Sequence record: MZ443769.1
Length of the DNA: 64,000 bases
Reading direction: 5' to 3' (one strand)
Positions 1 through 10,343 of the stretch are shown in pieces. How positions within the stretch are numbered: position 1 is the stretch's first letter; each line of letters starts with the position of its first letter. The notes under the pieces were generated by a model that did no database searches, had not been told where the DNA came from, and worked only from the letters and a program-made list of their open reading frames with translations. A program made the position numbers and the translations under genes.

Positions 1-1
1 A

Positions 2-580
2 ATACGGGTTTCTGTCTGTTCGTTCCGAAGATTCGAAAGCGGACAGTTCGATATCAAACGCATTGAGTTCCACTCGCTGCAACATCAGTGTACGGTTCAT
101 CTGTAGATCGAAGTCAACAGAAGCACCAGGCTGAATGTACGCACCTGCTTCATACTCAACAGTCTTGCGAACGCCCATGTTCTCGCTACCGCTCATGTCT
201 ACCCAGAACATCGTACCGTTTGCGCCTGATACAAGCGTCATGCCTGCGTATTCAGGTTCAGGTACTTGCGAACTTGGGTCAAGACCTACGACAGTTAAAC
301 CTGTTTCATCCACAGCAGTGACGAACGGTGACTCAAACTTATAAGCAGAGCCTCCGAACTTCGCATCCTTCCAAGTCACGTTGTCTACGTCCAACTGATA
401 CATCTTGTTGGTCTCGGTGACGTAACACAATGTCCCAGGCTTTTTATTACCAGCAGACATTGCATCACGATCAGCAAGAGTAGCCAGACAACGCATACCC
501 CCACGAAGGTACTTGTCTTCGAGGAGGTATGGAAGTGCTGTAGATGCAGGCAACAAGAACGAAGTCATGTTAACCGGCAT
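2..580 (-). CDS. Tail/fibre-associated protein, partial (runs off window start)
   Basis: Not in ORF track. ATG at 580 with SD GGAG(AAATAAG) upstream; frame open to position 2: MPVNMTSFLLPASTALPYLLEDKYLRGGMRCLATLADRDAMSAGNKKPGTLCYVTETNKMYQL. The GG-R-xxx-RD...G-L-YV motif is typical of fibre N-termini; follows the Ig-repeat gene. Confidence 0.7.
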   Translation of the reverse strand, partial: MPVNMTSFLLPASTALPYLLEDKYLRGGMRCLATLADRDAMSAGNKKPGTLCYVTETNKMYQLDVDNVTWKDAKFGGSAYKFESPFVTAVDETGLTVVGLDPSSQVPEPEYAGMTLVSGANGTMFWVDMSGSENMGVRKTVEYEAGAYIQPGASVDFDLQMNRTLMLQRVELNAFDIELSAFESSERTDRNPY

Positions 581-591
581 CTTATTTCTCC

Positions 592-3500
592 TTACGCGAT
601 ACCTGAACCAGGGTTCGTAGAACCGTAGGTCAGTTTAAACGTATAGGCCAGACTATCGAATGGGAAGTCGTTACGATAGATAACGTAATCGACACCGTTG
701 ATCTGCACTTCTGCTGGACCAGCAAAGTTGAAGTCATCAAACTCCAACGCACCATCCCAAGAACCTGCAAAGCCCTGCGCGGATTCGACGAAGTAACCAT
801 AGCCGAGAGACTTAGGCCAAGCTACATAGAAGAACACGTTGTTCGATGCGGTACTTGTATTCGCTGGACAGTTCAGCAACTGTTGACCAGTAGTCGTCAA
901 CTGCGTAGCCAGAGACTGTACGAACTGAGCATCATAACCAGATACGGCTTTCACTTTCGCATGAGAACCGAAGCGAGCGCCCAAGTCAGATACCTGCTCT
1001 TTCTTCACAGTAACGTCTTTGGTTGCTGTCACAGTCTTACCGTTCTGAGTATAAGAAACAGTAATCGTCACAACAGCATCAGCAGTCACAGCACCAGTTA
1101 CCAGAGAACCACCAACAACGGTCAGTGGACTTACTGTACCAGACTTAACAGCTACAGACCATGAGGCAGTAGTCGTCACATCAGGTGTTGTACCGTCAGA
1201 CAGAGTTGCAGTAGCAGTGTACGCAGTAGTAACGCCACCGATAACGCTCGTAGGTCCGTTGATAGTAACAGAGTCAGGAGTTGCAGGTGCTGGCGTGTTT
1301 GTCACAGTCAGGGTTGCTGTCTGCGCTACACCGCCATACGATGCAGTACCTGTGATGATAGCGGTCTGAACAGTGCTCACAGTATTACCTGTGATAGTGT
1401 TGTTTCCGTTGAACGTGAACGCTGTAGTAGAACCAGAGCTACGTGTAATCACAGGAGTCAGGTCAGACGTTGTACCGCTTGAGAATGTCAGGCGAAGAAT
1501 GTAAGTACCAGTCTCACCTTTGTTCACAGCAGTCGGACCAATCAGCTCGCGCTTCGTGATCGTTTCAGCCTGATTGATAATCTGAATCGTTTTCTCAGGT
1601 GTGTACGTTGTACCCTCGATCGTCACAGCAGCAGCACGTAACGTAGCGGTCTGATTCTGCGTGATGGAGTTTGCAGGCACAGTCACTTTGATACGAGATG
1701 GCAGAGTACCGACAGACAGTTGAGCGTATGCACCACCCTGAGGTAATGACCACGATGGAGTTGATGCAACGTATTCAAACGTTGTACCTGACAGACGTGT
1801 AGCACGAACGAGATACTCACCAGCAACGCTACCCTCAGTCACAGTATCTGGACCGATGATTTCAACTGTGCTTACTGTATCAGTAGGACCAGTAACGGTG
1901 AACGACACGCTACCTGTCTTAGACACAGCACCAACAGTCGCAGCAACAGAGAGCTGGAATGTCAGAGTACCGTAGAAGCCGGTCAGTGCTTTCTTAACGC
2001 GAATGCGCCAGCCAGTCGTTCCACCAGCAACGATCTCAAAGTATTCTTGAGCAGCGGTGTTGAGTGTATACGACAGTTCACCACTTGTACCTTCACGTGA
2101 AGTAGAATCAGAGAAGGTCAGGGTTGTATGCAGGTCACGCGCATCACCAACGATAGCACCGAATGCAAACACAGGACTTGGTGCGAGCGGTTGAGCAGTC
2201 ATCAACGAGATAACGATGATGTTCTTAACCAGCACGGACTTCTGTGCAGTACGACCATCGTAAGCAGCACGAATCAGCACTGTGGTATCTTGCGTTACTT
2301 CACCAGCAGACAGAACACCAGTTTGTGCGATTGATGCAACTGCGCTACCTTGAATAACAGACCACACAGGTGCAGTAACCTGACGTGAAGAACCGTCTGA
2401 AAGAACTTCCCATGCAGCGAATGTCTGCGTGGTGTTTTCGTTCATTTGGTCAACGCCGCGAATCTCAAGTGAAGTAACAACAGGCGGGTTACCGACGATT
2501 GAAACATCCAGAGTCGCGTTCTTCGTGATACCGTTTTCAGTGTATGCAGCGTAAATGCTCACGCTTGAACTTGCTACGTTCACAGCACCAACAGTCAGCG
2601 TTGCGTTAGCAAATGTCGCGTACTGGTTAGTGGCTTGCAGACGGAATTCAGACGGCGTGATTGTTGCAGTATGACCATCAGAGTAAGTAGCGAGAACCGT
2701 GTACGGAGTCTGCGACTTCTCTTGAACAGAAGAAGGTCCGATGATTTGAATCTTCGTCAGGTCAACAACAGGAATCACATTGACGATAGTGATATCCAGA
2801 GTTGCGTTAACAGTCTTACCAGCTTCGGTGTACGATGCAGACAGTTTCACAGGGATATCAGAAGATACCGTACCTGCGTTAACAGTCTTGTTCACAATCG
2901 TAACGATATCCTGTCGGTCCGACGTGAATGTCGCTGGGTTAACAGTCTTGGTAGTCGTGTCACTGTACGTTGCGAGGAACGTGTAGTTCGCACTCTCACC
3001 ACTACGAATTGTGTTAGCACCCTGAATAGCCAGAGACACAACGAACGGCACTTCGACTTCGTGCAAGATCGTGATGTTCTTCGTGGCCTGAACTGTCTGG
3101 CCATTTGCGATGTACGTTGCAGACAGAACAACAGCGCGGTCCTGAACAGTTTCTTTCTTCGCAGTCACAACGTTTGCACTGATGGTCGTGTACGTCGCTG
3201 GGCTGGCTTGGAAAGCGTTCGGCGTTACGAATTCAATATCACCATTTGACCAAGTGATCTTGAACGTGTAGCTCGCGTTACCCTGTGAAGCGATTGATTC
3301 AGCACCAACGATTTCGAGCTTGGTGATGGACTGTGCTTTCACTGTCACGTTTTTGTTTGCTGTGAACGTCTGGCCGTTATAGACATACGTTGCCGTCAGC
3401 TTCGTAACAGTATCGGTAGCAACTTGTTTCGCAGTACCAACAAGTCCAACAAGACCCAGGGCATCAGGCTTGTCCACTTCGAAGTTCGAAGGCTGGATTG

Positions 3501-4599
3501 CTGCAACAGCGCCAGAAGCAAAACGACCAGTTACGGTGTACGTTTCTTTCTGCTTGAAGAACAGGCTGTCAGCACCAATGATTGAGATAGAAACCAGCGC
3601 ATCGTCAGGGATGAACGTGTTTTTGATCAACAGGTCATAAGTAGCAGTCACCCAAGTTCCATACACAGGGTCACGCAGTTTAGCAGTCACTTTCAGCACA
3701 ACGTCAGCAGGCAAATCAGGAGCAGACACTGTACCGTCTTCACTGATTGTCACGCCGATAACGTTGTCTTCGATAGACCACACAACACCAACAGGATCGT
3801 GCTCAATGCGGTCTTCCCATTCAGCATCAGCTTTAAGCTTGACGCTTGAGTTGTCCGACATGTAGCTCGCATTGCCCGGCAGTGAGATACGCAGGTTAAG
3901 CAGACGAGATGAAGACCACTCAACGTTTTCGGCAGTCGCTTTAATCCACTTACCGATATATTTATTCGGGTTAGTAGGTGACTGGTCAACGATAGCTAGA
4001 ACGAAACCTTCTTGAGGTTCATTAGAGCTTGCGACTTCAACGAACGCATTGCTATTCAGACGAATCATTGTACGCGGATAGTCAGCGTGGTCATGATTGG
4101 TAGGATAGCGAGCATCAGACATGCGCGGGTCTGAATCAGACACAGCTTCCGGATCGTTCGGGTCAGTAGGTTCTACCTTCGTTACGACAGAGCCGAGACG
4201 AGAAGTAGACGCATGAGGAATTGACAGGTCACCAGTTTCGATACCCAAGTCAGCGGCGTTCTCTACAACCTTACGGAAGAACTGTCTTGATTTAAACAGT
4301 TGTGAGTAGTCAGTCAGCGTTACCCACGAGCCACGGTGATTACCGTCAGATACGTGAGAGGTACGCAGCAACACATACTGATACTGTGGACTGCCTGTGT
4401 TAGCATCAATCCAGATCAGGTTATACGGCTTATCAGCAAACGATGGCTCAGTGAGTGACACAACAACCTGATACACATCAGTCTGATCGTTCGCGTTCGG
4501 ACGAAACAGGAATGTAATCGGGTTACGTGGTGTCAGCCCTCGGGTACGAGCCAGACCGATATACTGTTTTGCAAAGCCATCAATCGTGGTCACACTCAT
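592..4599 (-). CDS. Large Ig-like repeat virion fibre protein (1335 aa)
   Basis: About 9-10 repeats of roughly 95 aa with pattern I-x-G..Y..Y-x-DG..V..W..A-x-Y..T..V-x-I; T/V/S/A-rich; lies downstream of the tail sheath gene. Confidence 0.8.
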   Translation of the reverse strand: MSVTTIDGFAKQYIGLARTRGLTPRNPITFLFRPNANDQTDVYQVVVSLTEPSFADKPYNLIWIDANTGSPQYQYVLLRTSHVSDGNHRGSWVTLTDYSQLFKSRQFFRKVVENAADLGIETGDLSIPHASTSRLGSVVTKVEPTDPNDPEAVSDSDPRMSDARYPTNHDHADYPRTMIRLNSNAFVEVASSNEPQEGFVLAIVDQSPTNPNKYIGKWIKATAENVEWSSSRLLNLRISLPGNASYMSDNSSVKLKADAEWEDRIEHDPVGVVWSIEDNVIGVTISEDGTVSAPDLPADVVLKVTAKLRDPVYGTWVTATYDLLIKNTFIPDDALVSISIIGADSLFFKQKETYTVTGRFASGAVAAIQPSNFEVDKPDALGLVGLVGTAKQVATDTVTKLTATYVYNGQTFTANKNVTVKAQSITKLEIVGAESIASQGNASYTFKITWSNGDIEFVTPNAFQASPATYTTISANVVTAKKETVQDRAVVLSATYIANGQTVQATKNITILHEVEVPFVVSLAIQGANTIRSGESANYTFLATYSDTTTKTVNPATFTSDRQDIVTIVNKTVNAGTVSSDIPVKLSASYTEAGKTVNATLDITIVNVIPVVDLTKIQIIGPSSVQEKSQTPYTVLATYSDGHTATITPSEFRLQATNQYATFANATLTVGAVNVASSSVSIYAAYTENGITKNATLDVSIVGNPPVVTSLEIRGVDQMNENTTQTFAAWEVLSDGSSRQVTAPVWSVIQGSAVASIAQTGVLSAGEVTQDTTVLIRAAYDGRTAQKSVLVKNIIVISLMTAQPLAPSPVFAFGAIVGDARDLHTTLTFSDSTSREGTSGELSYTLNTAAQEYFEIVAGGTTGWRIRVKKALTGFYGTLTFQLSVAATVGAVSKTGSVSFTVTGPTDTVSTVEIIGPDTVTEGSVAGEYLVRATRLSGTTFEYVASTPSWSLPQGGAYAQLSVGTLPSRIKVTVPANSITQNQTATLRAAAVTIEGTTYTPEKTIQIINQAETITKRELIGPTAVNKGETGTYILRLTFSSGTTSDLTPVITRSSGSTTAFTFNGNNTITGNTVSTVQTAIITGTASYGGVAQTATLTVTNTPAPATPDSVTINGPTSVIGGVTTAYTATATLSDGTTPDVTTTASWSVAVKSGTVSPLTVVGGSLVTGAVTADAVVTITVSYTQNGKTVTATKDVTVKKEQVSDLGARFGSHAKVKAVSGYDAQFVQSLATQLTTTGQQLLNCPANTSTASNNVFFYVAWPKSLGYGYFVESAQGFAGSWDGALEFDDFNFAGPAEVQINGVDYVIYRNDFPFDSLAYTFKLTYGSTNPGSGIA

Positions 4600-5228
4600 G
4601 CGTTGTTCTCCAGGATATCAGTTGCAACCAGATGGCCATACGACGCTTTCACGTTTGTATCAGCGACGAACGTTGAACCGTCATCACCAACAGTGGCATC
4701 CATATTCACTTTGTTTTCTACAGTCTTCACTTCTACCAGAGGCTTCTCTGGGTGCATTGAATCATGCGGAAGTGGAGTACGCTTGTCAGTGTTACGCGGG
4801 TCAGTCACAGAGACAAACGTCGGACGGCCAACGGACTTCGGCTCAGTAGTCAGACGTGCAATACCGTATTCGTCAACAGACGCATTAGGAATATCATTGC
4901 CGCCACCGATATCAGATGGGTCGTAATACTGAGGTGCCCAGAATGAGTTGAAGTTCTTCACTTCTTCCCATGTATTCTGGTACTGGCCGGACGGCGTCTT
5001 GTTCTTACGCGCAATGAACTTACGGTAGAACGCGCTGTTAACGTCCATGCACAACCAGATAACGTTCATCGGAAGTACAACGCCCACAGGTTCTTGTGAC
5101 GCGATGATGTGCGTACAGCTAATGTTCAGCACTGGATTGATCTGACGAACAATCTGATCTTTTGTCAGGTCGTCAGCAAAGCCAGTAACGCTTAACAGAG
5201 CAGTAGCGAGATCGTTCAAAGTAGTCAT
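4596..5228 (-). CDS. Virion fibre-associated protein, paralogue of the N-terminus of 592..4599
   Basis: ORF track start 5270; ATG 5228 preferred (GGAG SD just after upstream stop). Shares NVIWL..IPNAS..G..DPRNTDKRTP-x-HDSMH module. Confidence 0.7.
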   Translation of the reverse strand: MTTLNDLATALLSVTGFADDLTKDQIVRQINPVLNISCTHIIASQEPVGVVLPMNVIWLCMDVNSAFYRKFIARKNKTPSGQYQNTWEEVKNFNSFWAPQYYDPSDIGGGNDIPNASVDEYGIARLTTEPKSVGRPTFVSVTDPRNTDKRTPLPHDSMHPEKPLVEVKTVENKVNMDATVGDDGSTFVADTNVKASYGHLVATDILENNA

Positions 5229-5238
5229 GGCTGCTCCA

Positions 5239-5877
5239 TTAATCAGTCGGTTGACCAAGTTCAGACTCACGAACTTTACGCCATTGAAGCGTATCGTCTT
5301 CGAGAACCATTACTTGATTCAGTTGCGGTACCAGCTGGTCTTTGATAGGAACGAACTGTTCACCGTAGCTACCGTTGATGCTTACCATAGTGGCAGGCTT
5401 CTCAGGATGCGTATGATCTTTCGGGTCACGGTCATTCGTCAGAGTTTCATCGTTCTCCAGAATAACGCGAGACTCCGCTTCTGGATACGACAGATAACCA
5501 ACACCACGAGTGATGCTCGTAGCCAGTGGAGGTAAGCTCTGGTTGATGATTTGCAGATCGTTCGGGTCATACGTTTGTTCGGCCATCGCATCGTCGTAGA
5601 AATACAATGCAGTCCAAACATCTTGGTATGGGTCTGAGTCATTCTTCGCAGTACGCTTAAACGCAGTGCGGAAAGTATCAGACTCGGGATTCAAGTCAAT
5701 CCAAATCGCATTGATTGGAAGGACCACGTAACGAGGCGTTGAATACGAGCAGAAGAACAAAAGCCCCAACTGAGAACCATCTTTTGGTAGACGGAACATG
5801 ATGGGGTTCTTATTCTGCTGGTGGATATTCGTGAGCACCTCAACGTTACTGATGAACTGTTCAAGTTTCAGTTCCAT
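5239..5877 (-). CDS. Virion fibre-associated protein, same paralogue family
   Basis: 212 aa, SD GGAGAG, motif NAIWIDL..PPLAT..G..NDRDPKDHTHPEKP; CTAATTTT motif upstream. Confidence 0.7.
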   Translation of the reverse strand: MELKLEQFISNVEVLTNIHQQNKNPIMFRLPKDGSQLGLLFFCSYSTPRYVVLPINAIWIDLNPESDTFRTAFKRTAKNDSDPYQDVWTALYFYDDAMAEQTYDPNDLQIINQSLPPLATSITRGVGYLSYPEAESRVILENDETLTNDRDPKDHTHPEKPATMVSINGSYGEQFVPIKDQLVPQLNQVMVLEDDTLQWRKVRESELGQPTD

Positions 5878-5924
5878 TGTACTCTCCGTTTAACAAGAAG
5901 CAGGTGATTAAAATTAGTGATATA

Positions 5925-6620
5925 TCAAACAGGGTCGCCCGACTTAGGACTCGTCGAACCGTATTTAATGCGGAACACGTAGTCGAGACTATCGAACGGG
6001 AAATCGTTTCGATACACTACATAATCAAATCCACCGAGAGATACTTCTGCTGCACCTTCAAAGTTGAAGTCGTTAAACTCCATAGCCCCGTCCCACGAAC
6101 CAGAGAAGCCTTGAGCTGTCTCTTGAAAGTAGCCATAAAGCAAACGCTTAGGCCAAGCGACATAGAAGAAGCGATTGTTATCAGAAGTAGATTCATTAGG
6201 AGGGCAGGTAATAAGCTGAGGACTCTCTTCACCTAGAATAGTAGGGAGCGCACGGAAGAATGCGTCATTGTAATCGATCAACGACATTACTTTATCGAGA
6301 ACACCGAAACGAGGTCCGTACTCGCCGCTAAATGGAACAGACACGCGCACACGATTGGACGTAGCATTCAGCGTTGTACTTACGTTATATGCTTTGGCTA
6401 CGATATCATGCTCGCCTGTATCGAACGGTACAGTGAAGTCGAAGTCAGCAACGGTACCTGTGGTAGGCATAGCAACTGTCTTCAATACTTTCCCGCTGCT
6501 GTTCTCAATCTGGAGTGTACCACGAAGAGGTGGTGAATCCAGATGAACGACGAAGCGAAGATTCTTGTTTCGCTGCGAGAAGCAATACTCCAAGTTACCT
6601 TGAATGGCAAGAGTAAACAT
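5925..6620 (-). CDS. Virion protein sharing its C-terminal domain with the 1335-aa protein
   Basis: C-terminal ~95 aa (FFYVAWPK..YGYF.E..QGF.GSWDGA.EF.DFNF.G.AEV..YRNDFPFDSL.Y) closely matches the end of 592..4599. Confidence 0.75.
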   Translation of the reverse strand: MFTLAIQGNLEYCFSQRNKNLRFVVHLDSPPLRGTLQIENSSGKVLKTVAMPTTGTVADFDFTVPFDTGEHDIVAKAYNVSTTLNATSNRVRVSVPFSGEYGPRFGVLDKVMSLIDYNDAFFRALPTILGEESPQLITCPPNESTSDNNRFFYVAWPKRLLYGYFQETAQGFSGSWDGAMEFNDFNFEGAAEVSLGGFDYVVYRNDFPFDSLDYVFRIKYGSTSPKSGDPV

Positions 6621-6636
6621 AAAGCCTCACAATACG

Positions 6637-6661
6637 AAAAAGGAGGACCGAAGCCCTCCTT
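6637..6661 (-). terminator. Rho-independent terminator after sheath gene
   Basis: Minus strand AAGGAGGGCTTCGGTCCTCCTT followed by T-run. Confidence 0.8.
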
Positions 6662-6669
6662 GCTGTGGA

Positions 6670-8349
6670 TTACAGAGACAATGACGTGGAGGTACTGCCT
6701 GACGGATTGATGTTGAAGCGATAGATCAAACGCTTCGCAGCGCGTGTCGGGTCGAGCACGATATCAAGAATCAGGTCGCCATTGGCAATTGACTGATTAG
6801 TGTTGTTCGTGCTATCGCAGACCACAACATAGCCCTGACTACCAGAGTTACCGCCACGCAGACCGCGAGCGAGCTTGATAGTTTCGAGGAAGCGTTCAAC
6901 CATACCTTTCAGATAGTCACGCAGAATCTGGTCGTTCGGATCAAACAGACCGACACGACAAGTTCTCTGACAGATTTCGAGCACGTAGCCTACCATGCGC
7001 TGAATCTGAATCTGCTGGAATGCAGAGTTCTGATTGTACAGAGTATTCGATTCCCACACAGCGTAACCGCCACCAGAGATATCAGGCAGTTTACGGATGT
7101 AGTTCACTTGCTCGCGTGTCATTGCATCACGGTCATCTTGATCGTATTTCTGAGTAAGACCTACGAAGTCGAGAACCTGAGAAGCAGTGATACCAGCCGG
7201 TGCGAACCAGCTACCGCGATTGTTATCAGTGAATGCGAACACAGCACAAATCTGACCAACGTTTGGCACAGTGAAGTAACGCCCAGTATCTTCATCGAAG
7301 ATCTTAACATCAGGAGTATACAGCGCCATGTTTTTGTTGTTCAGGTTCAGTGTCTGACGACGATAGCGAATCGCTTTGGCAACGGATTGCTGGTCAGATG
7401 GAACGGCTGCGACAACGAAACAGTTGATGTGGTTGTTTGCAGCAAGCGCCATACCGCGATGAACGATATAGTCTTCAATGCCGCCAGACACAAGCAACGT
7501 CACACGGATTTCTTCTGGGTCAGAGTAGTACGTCTGATATGCAGCAGCAAGCTGGTCAGAAGTAACACGCGCACCATCAGAACCACCCTGGAAGAAGATG
7601 AAGTCTGAGGTGAAGAAATCAATGTCAGTCGTGAAGTACGGGTTCTGGATGAAGCGGAAGTTTGAGCTTTCGTTTTCCATCACAGTACCGATGCGATACT
7701 GACGGTCGAACTCATCCTTGTAGTCAGTTAAGCTACACTGATAAGTATTCACTGGAGCACTACCCGCCTGATAGTTTTCGTACTCGTCGATGTAAAACAG
7801 TTTAGTGTTATACTTCGTACGGTCATCAAACGCGCTCAGACCTTTAGGCACAGCAGGACGAATCTGCATAGCCATGAAGTTGTTCCAGTCTCCTGGGTTT
7901 TCGAGAATAACGTAGCCGATGACGTTATCATTCAGAGGGTCAGTTGGCAAGAAGCCAAGACGATCTGGTGAATCGACACCTACAACATTACCGTCTTCGT
8001 CAGTATATGGAGTCAGACGAATAACAGGCTGCAATGCAGTCGGATCATCAACAGTGAGAACGCCGACAGCGTACAGCGCACCGTTAGTGATACGAACATA
8101 GTTCAGTTGGTTGGTTTGTTTTGCAATTGGCTCTGCGATATACAGGCCCAAACCGTACTTTGGATCTTTAAGACCGAAGATGTTTTTCAGGTCGTCTTTA
8201 CCACGTACAGGGACACGTTGGTTAACAGGACCGCGTCGACCCTGCCCCACCATGCCCACAACAGACGTAGATAAAGACGTTGCACCCACGGACAAGTCTC
8301 GAACGCCAGTGTAAACACCAGCGGAGGAATGTGTCGAGTTTACGGGCAT
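6670..8349 (-). CDS. Contractile tail sheath protein
   Basis: 559 aa; N-terminal SAGVYTGVRDLS, GMVGQGRRGPVN, FQGGSDG, WFAPAG and C-terminal FDPND..LR motifs typical of T4 gp18-like sheaths. Confidence 0.92.
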   Translation of the reverse strand: MPVNSTHSSAGVYTGVRDLSVGATSLSTSVVGMVGQGRRGPVNQRVPVRGKDDLKNIFGLKDPKYGLGLYIAEPIAKQTNQLNYVRITNGALYAVGVLTVDDPTALQPVIRLTPYTDEDGNVVGVDSPDRLGFLPTDPLNDNVIGYVILENPGDWNNFMAMQIRPAVPKGLSAFDDRTKYNTKLFYIDEYENYQAGSAPVNTYQCSLTDYKDEFDRQYRIGTVMENESSNFRFIQNPYFTTDIDFFTSDFIFFQGGSDGARVTSDQLAAAYQTYYSDPEEIRVTLLVSGGIEDYIVHRGMALAANNHINCFVVAAVPSDQQSVAKAIRYRRQTLNLNNKNMALYTPDVKIFDEDTGRYFTVPNVGQICAVFAFTDNNRGSWFAPAGITASQVLDFVGLTQKYDQDDRDAMTREQVNYIRKLPDISGGGYAVWESNTLYNQNSAFQQIQIQRMVGYVLEICQRTCRVGLFDPNDQILRDYLKGMVERFLETIKLARGLRGGNSGSQGYVVVCDSTNNTNQSIANGDLILDIVLDPTRAAKRLIYRFNINPSGSTSTSLSL

Positions 8350-8404
8350 AACATGTCTCCTTATATTGACTGTCTGAAATTATCGTAAGCGCACACCAAA
8401 ACGT

Positions 8405-8430
8405 AAAAAGGGCACCCGCAGGCACCCTTT
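8405..8430 (-). terminator. Rho-independent terminator
   Basis: Minus strand AAAGGGTGCCTGCGGGTGCCCTTTTT. Confidence 0.75.
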
Positions 8431-8436
8431 AGTTTG

Positions 8437-9486
8437 TTAGCAGTCGCAGCCCACAGAATCAAAGGCAAGATTCAGGTCTGGATAAAGTCGTTTAAACTCT
8501 TCTGCATCCATATTGAACCCAGCAGCATTGATGTGACCTTCACCGCCTTGAGATTGAGCTATGTGTTTTGCACTGCCCGCAACGTTTTCTGTGTAGCCAG
8601 ACGAACGTACTGAAACAAACACACGACTCGGGTCACGATGACCAAGACGCGGCAGCAACACTGTTTGGAAGTGCGCATAGTTTTCATATACGTGAGTACC
8701 GAGTTCAGAAGCAATGCCTTTGTCACATGGCACTACTGCATGTTTAACCGGCACCAAATCGTTCGGCTCTGCGAATACGCTGTTGGTATCAATGAGATGT
8801 TTAATCTTTTCATCACGCTCAACGATGTTTTTAAAACCATCAGCAATGATTGTTTCGATGTTACCATCAACAATGATATCAAAGGCTTTCTTAACAGTAG
8901 GTGGCATCTCGTCAAAGATAACACCTGACTTCTCAACTTCGCTGAACACGTCCTTAGAATATCCTTCATAGAAGGCAAAGGCGCGTTTGTTAGATCGTCG
9001 CCAGCAATCGCGGTCAGACACTAACTGAGCGATACGGATAATGTTGTTTACGAACACATATCCGCTGTTGAGAAATTGAGTAACATGATCGAGGTATGCA
9101 AGTAACGCACCTGAACCCGCAGCAGTAAAGACAAGCGGCAATGGAGTTACATCACCAAGCTTTGCACATTCTGCTTTATACAGTTCATGGGTGCGAACAT
9201 TGTGGTGGTCGAGAACTTTGAAGTTCCCTTTATAGTGCTGAGTGAACACCGCCATCTGCCGCTCTGTGAAAGAGAAGTCAACAACGATTACACGCTCATA
9301 GTCGAAGATGCCAGTCAATTCGTCCAGCTTTATACCATCAGCGTTTACGATATCGCCGTTGTCTTTTGAGTAGACAGCAGGCAGATAGTGTTTCGCGTCT
9401 GTAGGGAAAGCAAGTGCGATAATGGCAGCAGCAAACGATCCATCAGCACAACCTTGATGATAGACAACAAGTGTAGTCATGACCAC
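8437..9486 (-). CDS. DHH/DHHA1 phosphoesterase (NrnB/oligoribonuclease-like)
   Basis: VYHQGCADG, VVDFSF, LDHH, VSDRDCW and C-terminal SVRS..GGEGHINAAGF motifs. Confidence 0.85.
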   Translation of the reverse strand: MVMTTLVVYHQGCADGSFAAAIIALAFPTDAKHYLPAVYSKDNGDIVNADGIKLDELTGIFDYERVIVVDFSFTERQMAVFTQHYKGNFKVLDHHNVRTHELYKAECAKLGDVTPLPLVFTAAGSGALLAYLDHVTQFLNSGYVFVNNIIRIAQLVSDRDCWRRSNKRAFAFYEGYSKDVFSEVEKSGVIFDEMPPTVKKAFDIIVDGNIETIIADGFKNIVERDEKIKHLIDTNSVFAEPNDLVPVKHAVVPCDKGIASELGTHVYENYAHFQTVLLPRLGHRDPSRVFVSVRSSGYTENVAGSAKHIAQSQGGEGHINAAGFNMDAEEFKRLYPDLNLAFDSVGCDC

Positions 9487-10343
9487 GTCCAGTTATTCGG
9501 GCTTGTTGATGGGTTTAGCATCAGCTTTAAGCCTTCGAGGGTTTGTTCCAGAGATTTACGGTACTGTTCATCAGCAACGCTCTCTCCGTATCGTAACGCA
9601 AGACAGAATAACTGCCATTCGGATGTACCGCGTAGTTCTTCGATTTGAAGTCTAAGCTGTTCACGTCGTTGGCGAGCCATCATCAAGCGCTCTATTAAAT
9701 TAACTACACTGTGCGCTTTGGCAAAAACTTTTATGTGAATTTCTTCAAGAAGATCGTAGTTCAAATCATCCATAGCTTTTCGGGCTTCGATGAACAAACG
9801 GTTACGTTCTTCACGCACATCTTTAGGGAGATGACGGCACTTGTCTGGATGTGTACCACGAGCGATAGCACGATACACATTACCACAACGTCTATTTAAA
9901 TCCATTGCAGTCAGAATTTCGTCAACAACTTCGCTATCCGCATCACCTTCGTTGTCTTGAGTCTCATGCTCAGTATCAGGCAGAAGTGCGTCCATAGCTT
10001 TCTTGCGTTCTTCTGCTTCAAGCTGGTCTTCAAGATCATCTGACTTGGCCTGCTCTTCCTGTTTCGCTATCAGGTCTGCATGAAGGCGCTCGATAGAAGC
10101 AATCAGTGGTGCGTTCGATACGTTCAGCTTTTTAATCAGAGTTTCACAGCGCTCTGTATCAGCAGCAAGGCGCATCTCCAGAGAAGCAACCTGACGTTGT
10201 ACCTCTTCGAAGTTATCTTGAGCAAACTCCACATCGTCTGCGCTGTACTCAATTTCTTCGACGTTATCCTGTGCAGCAACTTCCGTGTTGTCGTGCTTCA
10301 CTAGCGACTGGCCGGTAACAACCATTAGCTCTGTGTTGGGCAT
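9477..10343 (-). CDS. J-domain (DnaJ-like) coiled-coil protein
   Basis: YRAIARGTHPDKC..RLFIEARKA matches J-domain helix II-HPD-helix III; acidic coiled-coil N-terminus. Confidence 0.65.
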   Translation of the reverse strand: MPNTELMVVTGQSLVKHDNTEVAAQDNVEEIEYSADDVEFAQDNFEEVQRQVASLEMRLAADTERCETLIKKLNVSNAPLIASIERLHADLIAKQEEQAKSDDLEDQLEAEERKKAMDALLPDTEHETQDNEGDADSEVVDEILTAMDLNRRCGNVYRAIARGTHPDKCRHLPKDVREERNRLFIEARKAMDDLNYDLLEEIHIKVFAKAHSVVNLIERLMMARQRREQLRLQIEELRGTSEWQLFCLALRYGESVADEQYRKSLEQTLEGLKLMLNPSTSPNNWTWS

